In this document: one piece after another, positions 7,154 to 15,082 of the stretch
Position numbering within the stretch: position 1 is the stretch's first letter
Layout of the letters: every line of letters starts with the position of its first letter
DNA from: Candidatus Heimdallarchaeota archaeon
GTDB lineage: Archaea > Asgardarchaeota > Heimdallarchaeia > Hodarchaeales > Hodarchaeaceae
NCBI GenBank assembly: GCA_019057635.1
Contig: DXJL01000011.1
Location: 1 to 16,368, forward strand
DNA length: 16,368 bases
Direction of reading: 5' to 3'
Position numbers and translations under genes: made by a program
Notes under the pieces: generated by a model
Seen by the model: only the letters and a program-made list of their open reading frames with translations
Told to the model about the DNA's origin: nothing
The model's database searches: none

Positions 7154-8446
7154 TTATTCCTCTGATTCTTTCTTCATTTTAACGACCATCTGGAAGTTTT
7201 GAGCCAATGAATCATAGAAATCAATCAAAGTTTCCAAATCATCTGCCATCAATGAACCACCCCGACCCATTTCACCAATTTTTCGCAGCATTAATCGATC
7301 TGCTTCTCCTAATCCGATCGCATAGAGGACTACTTCGGGATGTTGCTCCACATGCTGCTTCACGATTGGAATGGGGTTTACTCCAAGTCCATTTCCTTTG
7401 TTCGGATTTCCATCAGTGAGAACAATAATCATGGTTGGATTTTTCTTCTGGATTGTAGGGTTTTCGTCAAAACTGTCAATACTTTTGTATGCTTGATCTA
7501 ACGCCCCACTCAGAAATGTTAAACCAGTACTTTCTGAGGTCTTTTGGACAACATGATCAATAATACTTTCGATTCCTGCTTTTTTTGTCTCACCAACACA
7601 AGAAATGACATTTGCTTCTCCTAGTGAATATCTCTCTACTTCGCCAGAGAATGTCAGTAACTGAATTTGTTCTCCCCACCCTTTGGCAATTTTTAGTGAC
7701 ATAAACAACATAATAGCCATAGCAGCTGCATCGACCCTAGACACTTTTTTACCATCTTGGAATTTTTCAATGAACAAGTTAAGTTCATCTGACTCATCTA
7801 ACCCCTTTTTTAATCCTTCCAATGCACCACTAATATTTTTGACTTTCATATCCTTTTTAGACATACTCCCTGATACATCAAGAACTAATACTGCGTTGAA
7901 ACTCATTTCGGTAAATGGAATTATGTTTATCTCCACTTCACGACCTGTTGGATCTACAATTCCTATATTGCCATCTGGAATTGGAGGATCAGCTCCAAGG
8001 AAACGCACCATAATATTGCCAATTGGACAATCTTCCCAGGCAATTTGAAGATTGTTGAACACAGGTCGATTTTTGAGAAGAGTAGAAAGCTGTTCGAATT
8101 CTGTAGCAATCCACAAAATGGTTTCTTCAACTTCTTGACCAGCAAGAGGTTCTATCCCCAATTTAATTGATTTGATACCTGCTGCAGCATTATTAATAGG
8201 TTCTACTTCCACAGCATCACCATCTGAAATATTTGCTGATGATAGTACACTAGCATCTACAGCAATAGTTCCCTGTTCCACTTCATCTGAAGAAAGAATT
8301 TGAACCGCACCCCAATCTTCCCATTCTGTTACCATTTTAACATAATCAAATTCATTTATAGCCAGTTTTTCTATATCTTGGGTGTGGAGGTACGCTCGTC
8401 CTTCAATATTACCCACATTTACAACATTCAACGGTATTCTGGTCAT
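7154..8446 (-). CDS. CDC48/VAT N-domain-like region fused to a von Willebrand factor A (vWA) domain
   Basis: Start placed at the ATG at 8446 because it follows a GGAG RBS (430 aa). The N-terminus has double-psi-barrel-like repeats (RAYLHTQDIEKLAINEFDYVKM; GTIAVDASVLSSANISDGDAVEVEP) followed by a CDC48_2-like segment (LLKNRPV). The vWA domain has an intact MIDAS: LVLDVSGSM, GLT, IIVLTDG, then LYAIGLG. Confidence 0.85.
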   Translation of the reverse strand: MTRIPLNVVNVGNIEGRAYLHTQDIEKLAINEFDYVKMVTEWEDWGAVQILSSDEVEQGTIAVDASVLSSANISDGDAVEVEPINNAAAGIKSIKLGIEPLAGQEVEETILWIATEFEQLSTLLKNRPVFNNLQIAWEDCPIGNIMVRFLGADPPIPDGNIGIVDPTGREVEINIIPFTEMSFNAVLVLDVSGSMSKKDMKVKNISGALEGLKKGLDESDELNLFIEKFQDGKKVSRVDAAAMAIMLFMSLKIAKGWGEQIQLLTFSGEVERYSLGEANVISCVGETKKAGIESIIDHVVQKTSESTGLTFLSGALDQAYKSIDSFDENPTIQKKNPTMIIVLTDGNPNKGNGLGVNPIPIVKQHVEQHPEVVLYAIGLGEADRLMLRKIGEMGRGGSLMADDLETLIDFYDSLAQNFQMVVKMKKESEE

Positions 8447-8508
8447 CTTATTGTCTCCTTGTATGAACGCCAAGTTTATTCTTTATTATTTCAGTCTAGA
8501 TTGTTATT

Positions 8509-8681
8509 CCGTTCTGAAAGACTTACCCAAATAGGACAGCTAGGAATAATTGGGAAAAACTATTCTCAACTATCTTTGGAGCTATTCTTCCTGATTCAGC
8601 GACGCGAGCCGGCATTAATACCGGTCTTACCGCCTCTCCACAGGCGTTTAAGGTCTCCGCAGAACTCTCGGCGACAGGAAA
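8509..8681 (-). ncRNA. putative TnpB omegaRNA scaffold, copy 2; guide would continue into 8508-8489
   Basis: Same motifs as copy 1. Hairpin CCGGTAT-TA-ATGCCGG is fully paired. The stem substitutions relative to copy 1 give G-U pairs on the minus strand (GATAGTTG/TAGCTGTC, GAATAGTT/AATTATTC). Confidence 0.7.
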
Positions 8682-8979
8682 GACCCATGACTTTCCTGAT
8701 TGATTAGCAGTTTTTCTTCTTATAAACCTACTAAGCCCTGTAATCTACAACAAATTTGCTTGTTTCCCGTTATTCTAATATCAAGAAGTCACGTAGTGCG
8801 TCATTTTATGTATAATCTCATGAGATCGGTTGAACACTCTGTTAATCATGTATTTTAATCTCCACCCCCTTCTCCTAAGATATCCTGCCTTCTATTTCTC
8901 TTCTTTCCGTGATGTCATCTTTTCCTATTTGTCTCTAAATGGCCATATCTGTCAATCTATCCGACAACAGTATTGACCC
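8509..8979 (-). mobile_element. non-autonomous IS607-family (tnpB-derived) element, copy 2 (intergenic)
   Basis: Aligns end to end with 3158-3617 and is 11 bp longer (a 9-bp left-end unit plus two 1-bp indels). Minus-strand junctions are TTTAAAG-GG-GTCAATAC...TTTCAGAAC-GG-AATAAC. Confidence 0.85.
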
Positions 8980-9027
8980 CTTTAAAAATTACATCCTTTG
9001 AGATAAAAGAATGTTAGATATCTATGT

Positions 9028-12000
9028 TTAAAGATCCAAGTCACGCCTCTTTTCAAAAGTAGTTTTTGTTATTAGACTATATACTCCAATTGGTTCGGAT
9101 ATTAGGTGCATGGGGAGAATGCCCTTATCTGTACGAATTTGAACATCAAAGATTAAGTATCCACATTTTTTAGGAGTTTTAAATTTGATGGTTGGCGCAA
9201 TAAACTCATCACCTTTATCTATGTACCTCTTTAAGCGTAAAGACGTTAATTTCTTAGTTTCTCCTTGGGGAAATGTGTTGACATAAATTGAGATGGCAAC
9301 AGGAGGCAAAGATCTAAGGAAATGAAAAACAAAATCAACTGCGTAATGTGTTTTTGGTTCTACTCCTTGCCATAAGTCATTTTTTGACCCAGGTCGTGTT
9401 ACGAATGACCAATCAACAACAACTTCGCGTAGAACGGGGACATGAATACTTTTGAAAGATCGATTTTTCTTTAGAAGACCCATTGTGACACGAGCGAGAA
9501 TATAAAAGGAGCTATGCTGATAATCTATAGATAAATCTAGGCTTCGAGCTAATTCAAAAGATGCAAGAGGTTTTAGATTAAATTTTTCTTCATAAATTAC
9601 AATAGGTGTTGACGATGACTGTGTTGCTAATAGTAACGTTAGTTCTCCTCTTTCTTCTTTCTTAGAGTCGTTAGTTGCTTTGTACACACACTCAACAGTT
9701 CCAAAATTACTAGTGATATAGAATTCTTTGGGTGAAATACTAATTTTGTCTTTTCGTTCCACTGCAAAGGAAAATTTCTTAGGTAGTAATCTATGATTTG
9801 TTGAAGTAATTGCTTCCACTCGAATTCTTAGTTTTCCGTATATTTCCCCTAAGTCAATAGAACAAGGAATTCGTACCGTTTGGTGCTTTTCAATTCGAGA
9901 TATATCCAAAAACGTCCTTAGTGTACTAATTATATTGTTTGTTTGATTATCATAAAACTTCAAGGTTATAGGGTTATTCCGAAATTGGTACATGACCTTT
10001 TTAATGTCACTAAAAGAGAGTACGATATACCCGAACAGTTCGGGCCCAGAAATTAGAGCTGGAAAAACAGCAGTTTGTTTTTTGGGAAATGGCTTGAAAT
10101 CGGACTCTTCCTCTTTAAGATGTTCTCGGAAAAACACAACCCGCTTAGCTTCGATTTCTTGACGACGGGTACGCATGATATTTGCGATTTTGGAACTAAT
10201 TTTCTGATATTTTGGTTCAATCTCAATCATGGGGGAATATATTTCTAGATCCTCGTTTTCATCGAAAGCTGAGATTACTTGAGTAGGTTCTCGTTTTGCT
10301 ATAGGTTTTGTTTCGGGAGTTGGTTTCTTTTTCTCTCTTTGTTTTGGAGTTTTTGCCTCAACCATTTTTTTCGGTTTTGGGGTTTCAGGAGGCCGCTGCT
10401 TTTTAATCGGCGCTTTTTTCTTTGTTAGAGGTTTTTCAGGAGTGGTAGCAGGAATTTTTTTCGTTTTATCTTTGATGACTTTCTCTTTAGCTACCACAGG
10501 TTTCTTTTTCTTCTGCTTTTTTGGTTTTAATTCAGATCTGCTCTTGAAAACTTCCCGAGTTGCAATATCTTGTTGTAGGAGCTGGGTTAAATTCTGTTGT
10601 TGTTCATTTACCTCCAAAAAGGAATCAGGAGGATTCTCAACAAGAAAGGATGAAAAATCACCTGCCACTTGGGGCGGATAAATAAGTTTTTCGCTATAAT
10701 ATAGTTCATTAAGAAACTCAGGTACTTTTTGATTCTTTTCTGCATAGAGTTTGAAAAGGTATTCGCATACCGAAAATGGCGGGGCAAATTTTTTTGACCC
10801 TAACACAGGTAAGAGGACTTGGTCGATGTAGTTTGAGTTAAATTCAAGTAACTCATCTTCGATGTAGATTAGTAAAGCTAAAACTGAATGCATTAATTTA
10901 GATGCTTTAACTCTTTTTTCAATATCATAATTGTAGAACCATGCAAACTCCCCTGTTAAGGTCTCATCTCTGGTAAATTGAGCAAGTAAACCAAATTGAA
11001 TAGCTTTTCGACGATTTTTATACAAACTCTGAGATGATACTGTGGGAACTGGGTTCTTTTGTTTTATCAGTGTTTTTGTTTTTTGGGCCAATGCCTGTAT
11101 AAGTAATACCATAGCTAAGCGATTTTCTTTCCAAGGTTGTGCATCAAAGAACCTAAGCTCTATAGTTGAATAATCTGTGTAGGGAAAAAGATCTATCATG
11201 CGGTCTTCGGGGGGTACTTTCTTTATTAATCGTGCAAAATCTTCTCGTGAAGTCATATCCTCTATAATGGGTAAATATTGAGGTATATTGGGCCCCATTT
11301 GACCTGTATTGTTAGCCAGTCGATATGAATGAGTACCACGACTTATTACTTGTTTTTTATCATTTTTTTCTTTAATAATAACTTTACTACTTGTACTTTG
11401 ATTCAAAAACGGTGAAGTGGAGCTTAATGCTATTAAGTGGGGAATGTAGTTACGGAGCATGTTATATACAGGTGCTCGAATAAAAGATGGAATTCCTATA
11501 TGATGGTGTTCTCCACATGTGAGTCCACTTCGTACTCTTTTTTCCATCGGGTTTAATCCCATTGGTAATAACGCACACTTACCTTTTACCTTTGATAATC
11601 CATAAACTGCTGCGGCATACAAAGAATCAATCCAAAAGGCAATTTCCTCCAGATATTCACATGGCGGGGTCACTAATTCCAGTAACCAAGTTATCTGGGA
11701 TATATTTGGATCGGGCCCGAATACATTGACTCGTACGGTTTGTTTACCCAAGCGATAATGTACAAAAATGAAATTAAGTCGTTTTTCTCGTTTTATTTCT
11801 TCGGTAACTTCAATTTTTACAATTTTCTTAGCAATTGTCTTGGGAGTATGTTTTGCTTTTTTTAGACGTTCTAAGTACTTTACTGCACCAGAAAACATTT
11901 CCTCCCACGTACTTAGCAAATCATTTCCTACTAGTACCTCTCCAGTAGTCACGTCAACAAGGTGATTTTCTACTTCTATCCCATGTGAGAAAAATAGAGG

Positions 12001-12039
12001 TGTTTTCAATACGTAGTCTTTTAGGTTCATTGTTTTCAC
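9028..12039 (-). CDS. large multidomain protein: N-terminal glutamate-cysteine ligase (GCS2/YbdK-like carboxylate-amine ligase) domain, Lys/Pro-rich linker, beta-rich C-terminal region
   Basis: GCS2 motifs SHGIEVENHLVD, LLELVTPPC, TCGEHHHIG, IPHLIALSSTSPF, SYR and TIELRFFDAQ. A low-complexity K/P/T/E tract lies at about aa 500-585. The C-terminal ~350 aa show alternating beta-strand patterns. Confidence 0.8.
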   Translation of the reverse strand: MKTMNLKDYVLKTPLFFSHGIEVENHLVDVTTGEVLVGNDLLSTWEEMFSGAVKYLERLKKAKHTPKTIAKKIVKIEVTEEIKREKRLNFIFVHYRLGKQTVRVNVFGPDPNISQITWLLELVTPPCEYLEEIAFWIDSLYAAAVYGLSKVKGKCALLPMGLNPMEKRVRSGLTCGEHHHIGIPSFIRAPVYNMLRNYIPHLIALSSTSPFLNQSTSSKVIIKEKNDKKQVISRGTHSYRLANNTGQMGPNIPQYLPIIEDMTSREDFARLIKKVPPEDRMIDLFPYTDYSTIELRFFDAQPWKENRLAMVLLIQALAQKTKTLIKQKNPVPTVSSQSLYKNRRKAIQFGLLAQFTRDETLTGEFAWFYNYDIEKRVKASKLMHSVLALLIYIEDELLEFNSNYIDQVLLPVLGSKKFAPPFSVCEYLFKLYAEKNQKVPEFLNELYYSEKLIYPPQVAGDFSSFLVENPPDSFLEVNEQQQNLTQLLQQDIATREVFKSRSELKPKKQKKKKPVVAKEKVIKDKTKKIPATTPEKPLTKKKAPIKKQRPPETPKPKKMVEAKTPKQREKKKPTPETKPIAKREPTQVISAFDENEDLEIYSPMIEIEPKYQKISSKIANIMRTRRQEIEAKRVVFFREHLKEEESDFKPFPKKQTAVFPALISGPELFGYIVLSFSDIKKVMYQFRNNPITLKFYDNQTNNIISTLRTFLDISRIEKHQTVRIPCSIDLGEIYGKLRIRVEAITSTNHRLLPKKFSFAVERKDKISISPKEFYITSNFGTVECVYKATNDSKKEERGELTLLLATQSSSTPIVIYEEKFNLKPLASFELARSLDLSIDYQHSSFYILARVTMGLLKKNRSFKSIHVPVLREVVVDWSFVTRPGSKNDLWQGVEPKTHYAVDFVFHFLRSLPPVAISIYVNTFPQGETKKLTSLRLKRYIDKGDEFIAPTIKFKTPKKCGYLIFDVQIRTDKGILPMHLISEPIGVYSLITKTTFEKRRDLDL

Positions 12040-13433
12040 TCTTGCGACGATTCACGCCTCAATTCAGCATGCAGCTTTTCCAGCGAAAGTTTTTTTGCTT
12101 TTCTCAATGATTTTTGGGTTGAAAGTAGTGGATGAATAGTATTTTCACTGAAATTAACTTTCTGAATGGATTGATGGACAGATTGCAAAAATACTTCTTG
12201 TAGATTGGTTGTTTCAAAGATTATAAAAGAAATTTTTGAGTTTGTTCCTCCTATTGAAAGTACTTGAACTACCTGTTTTTTCGAGTGGTCATAAGCCAGA
12301 TCGATTCTTGCATAATTCCCTTCTTTCGTCATGAATTCTTTGAGAAATTGCAGAAAGATATCCTTAGTAACTTTATATTTGAATTTAGAATTATTGCAGG
12401 GAGTTTGGTTCCATGCAACAGGGATTAGTGCAAGTGCATTGGCCCCCAAGATTTTAAATGCAATATTCATGGGATTTTTGTTTTCATCTATCTCAAATAC
12501 CATTTTGTGGAATTCTTTTGAAAATAAGTATGCTATTAAATCCGTTGCCTGGAGTACACTAAAATAATTATGGTCTGAACCAAATAGGAGTTTATCATCC
12601 CATTTAGGAACTTCCATTACATGGTTAAAGAAGATTCCAACATCCTTCCCACGCATTCCAGATGTTTCAGCATACATACCATCTTGTGATAAACACTCAA
12701 AAATTTCAGGAGAAGAGTAATCGAATCCTGTATGACCAAGTATGACATTAACAGGATTATCTGCCCCTTGACGAGCTTTCTGAGTTATAGTTGTAATATC
12801 GAGAGCTACTCCTTTATTGGGTACATCAAAAATTACTGGAATATTAAGATTTCCAGCAGTTTGTAAAATATCATTTGTTTCTGGAGAATTAATCTTATCT
12901 ACCCATCCTTGAGAAAGTGGATGTAACTTTAATCCACACATTCCGAGGTTGATAGACTCTTGAACTTCCTTTACTGCCCCTGAATCAGTCGGATCTACAC
13001 GACAAAAAGGAGCAAATCGAAATGTATTATCAAATGTATTAACCTGATGACGAACATAACGATTGCTTTTAACAAATTTTGGTTGAGTTTTCAGGTGAAA
13101 AATATCATTAAACGGGAATGTAACTACTCTGTCAACTAGCCAACCTCTTGTTTTACTAGATTGGGAAGAAAGTACTGATTTAACAAATGGAAAGAGGGGC
13201 TCTGCGCAAGTTTCGACATCAGGAATATGTATATAATAGCTGTCTTCGCTCTGTTTAATACGAGAGACAATCTCATACTGCAATTTCTGGTATAAATTTG
13301 TTATGTCCTGAGGTTGATTGATACGCTGTGAGGCGCCCTTCGTTGTTGCTATTTTTACCCGTCCTATATGAGTGTGGACGTCTACAAGTGGTAGGGAGTA
13401 TAGATTATCCTCCTCATCAAATACCTTCAACAA
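12036..13433 (-). CDS. metal-dependent amidohydrolase (Amidohydro_2-like TIM barrel) with C-terminal extension
   Basis: Motifs LVDVHTHIG (HxH), PFCRVDP, GLKLHP, VILGHTG, LLFGSDH and KILGANA. TTG start after GAGGT. Its stop overlaps the ligase start (ATGA, 12036-12039). Confidence 0.85.
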   Translation of the reverse strand: MLKVFDEEDNLYSLPLVDVHTHIGRVKIATTKGASQRINQPQDITNLYQKLQYEIVSRIKQSEDSYYIHIPDVETCAEPLFPFVKSVLSSQSSKTRGWLVDRVVTFPFNDIFHLKTQPKFVKSNRYVRHQVNTFDNTFRFAPFCRVDPTDSGAVKEVQESINLGMCGLKLHPLSQGWVDKINSPETNDILQTAGNLNIPVIFDVPNKGVALDITTITQKARQGADNPVNVILGHTGFDYSSPEIFECLSQDGMYAETSGMRGKDVGIFFNHVMEVPKWDDKLLFGSDHNYFSVLQATDLIAYLFSKEFHKMVFEIDENKNPMNIAFKILGANALALIPVAWNQTPCNNSKFKYKVTKDIFLQFLKEFMTKEGNYARIDLAYDHSKKQVVQVLSIGGTNSKISFIIFETTNLQEVFLQSVHQSIQKVNFSENTIHPLLSTQKSLRKAKKLSLEKLHAELRRESSQE

Positions 13434-13561
13434 CAGAAATACCTCAGAAGATTCAGAGGGACTCTCCGAATCATTATCTTTTTAATTTTCCCTAACTATA
13501 AAGAAAATTTCTGTGTTGAGCTGAATTATGAAAATATTAAAGTGGATCTTAAAAAAAATCC

Positions 13562-14473
13562 CTAAGAAATTCTGTAGACAGTTTTAAAGAATGTCTGCCC
13601 TAATTTAGTCAAAGAAATCCAAAAATTTTCATCTTTTTTTAATCGTGATAATTTTAATGATGGAAACAACGATTTATCAACAGAAAAGTGTTTAATTAGT
13701 AATGCAAAAATAGGTAAAAGAAAAATTCCTTGAATTGACAGTCGAAATCGTTTTTCTTTTCCCCAATTTTCTTCTACCATCAAGAAACCTGACAGCTTGT
13801 TTAGTGAACTGCTAATAGGAGTTGAAATTTCTGTTGTATTTTCTATTGTAGATTTATTTAAACCAGTATTATAGTGTAAGTAATCCCAAATCAATTCTTC
13901 AAAGATTTTAAAGGCAGTATTCCCAGTTTTACCAGTAAAAACCTTGACCATTGGGATGATAAATGGTTTTGAAAGTTTTATTTTACGTGGTTCTTTTCCC
14001 GTTCTTAATGAGGTCAAAACACGCTTCAGAGTAGCATCTTGAGTGAGTAACGTATCAATGGTGTACAAAATCATCTTATCTTCAGAATCAGCATAGTCTT
14101 GGAATCGGCTAGTATCCCAATGGATTGAAGCAGGATCAATTTTAACAATATACATTAAAAGTACATAAGTTAACACAATGTAGCCTAAAGGACTAATTGA
14201 ATGGAAAGAAACTTTTGTAGAGCTGATTACCTTCTCACGTTCTCTTTCAAGAATACCCCCATTTACTAGGGAAGTAATCAATCCTCTAGTTTTTGCAGTG
14301 GTGAATTCTTCGTGTTTTCCAAGAAGACATGATAAAATATCCGTTATTCCTTGGATGGTATTACGATCTGCCTTTTGTCCTAAGTATACAGACATGAGGC
14401 ACAGAATGCGGTTTTCGTGTTCAATTACTGCAAGAGTATCGACAAGTTGGGTAAATGGATCAGCAGATTCCAT
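13562..14473 (-). CDS. hypothetical protein with two probable winged helix-turn-helix domains
   Basis: Two wHTH-like segments, each ending in a wing plus (I/L)SxxG: NRILCLM...TAKTRGLITSLVNGGILERE...FHSISPLG and AFKIFEEL...GLNKSTIENTT...ISSSLNKLSGFLMVE...RFRLSIQG. Confidence 0.65.
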   Translation of the reverse strand: MESADPFTQLVDTLAVIEHENRILCLMSVYLGQKADRNTIQGITDILSCLLGKHEEFTTAKTRGLITSLVNGGILEREREKVISSTKVSFHSISPLGYIVLTYVLLMYIVKIDPASIHWDTSRFQDYADSEDKMILYTIDTLLTQDATLKRVLTSLRTGKEPRKIKLSKPFIIPMVKVFTGKTGNTAFKIFEELIWDYLHYNTGLNKSTIENTTEISTPISSSLNKLSGFLMVEENWGKEKRFRLSIQGIFLLPIFALLIKHFSVDKSLFPSLKLSRLKKDENFWISLTKLGQTFFKTVYRIS

Positions 14474-14494
14474 TTTGGTAACCTTTTATTAATT

Positions 14495-15082
14495 TCATTG
14501 ACCTTGACCATCCCAAACATCAAATGCAGAAGAATCTTTATCAAATTCACACAGATCCAAGATACCTGTTAAACAGTTCTGGGTTTCCTTTTGGAATTGA
14601 CCATCTTCAACTTTGATAGCAACTGTAGGAAGGATATACTTGATTAGTTTTTTTTGTGTATTAATGAAAAAATCCTCAATCTTCTCTTTATATTCATCAT
14701 AGTTATCGTTTGCTAAATCAAATTTATTAAGAAAGATAGTGACTTGTTTGGTAGGAATTTGGAGGTTCTCGTAGAATTTAAGTTGTCTATCAAGGTCTAT
14801 GGACAAATCGAACATGCACAAAAAGCGGTTAGCGTTTCTTAAGACATAAACACGGTAGTAATCAGTAATAGGAGTAGTGTGACCGCCTGTGCCGTATAAA
14901 ACATGAATAAATCCCCTGTGGGTAAATCTTATGAAATCTACAGTTTGAGTGGTGTACATCTCTGGACCTCCTGGGGAACCAGAAATAATTTTCTCATTAG
15001 TGGCGGCCAATGAGTTCATAAATCGTACAAATACTGATGTTTTCCCGCAATTCATGTCACCTAAAATACCAACATTTACCAC
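14495..15082 (-). CDS. Ras-superfamily-like small GTPase with a non-canonical G3 motif (MglA/ATP_bind_1-like)
   Basis: G1 GDMNCGKTS, G2-like TTQTVDF, G3 position LYGTGGH, G4 NKFD, G5-like TVA. GTG start with an AAGGAGA RBS at 15092-15098. Confidence 0.85.
   Translation of the reverse strand: MVNVGILGDMNCGKTSVFVRFMNSLAATNEKIISGSPGGPEMYTTQTVDFIRFTHRGFIHVLYGTGGHTTPITDYYRVYVLRNANRFLCMFDLSIDLDRQLKFYENLQIPTKQVTIFLNKFDLANDNYDEYKEKIEDFFINTQKKLIKYILPTVAIKVEDGQFQKETQNCLTGILDLCEFDKDSSAFDVWDGQGQ

Noticed and set aside
8447-8473. TTG start at 8473 for the vWA gene
   Set aside because: The ATG at 8446 has a well-placed GGAG ribosome-binding site and coincides with the start of the domain similarity.
8300-8707. 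135-aa plus-strand ORF overlapping element copy 2 as a transposase
   Set aside because: It has no transposase motifs, is antisense to both the vWA gene and the element, and starts outside the element.
3158-8979. Composite transposon carrying methylase, Toprim, AMP phosphorylase and vWA genes between the two repeats
   Set aside because: Copy 1 has contiguous tdh sequence on both sides, so it inserted on its own. The copies have also diverged, which indicates independent insertions.
9-14492. Other short ORFs in the track lying antisense or out of frame within long genes (e.g. 9-239, 2360-2542, 4148-4752, 6223-6501, 7683-8048, 10442-10681, 11768-11965, 12331-12567, 14298-14492)
   Set aside because: They lie wholly or almost wholly within well-supported genes and show no recognisable motifs.
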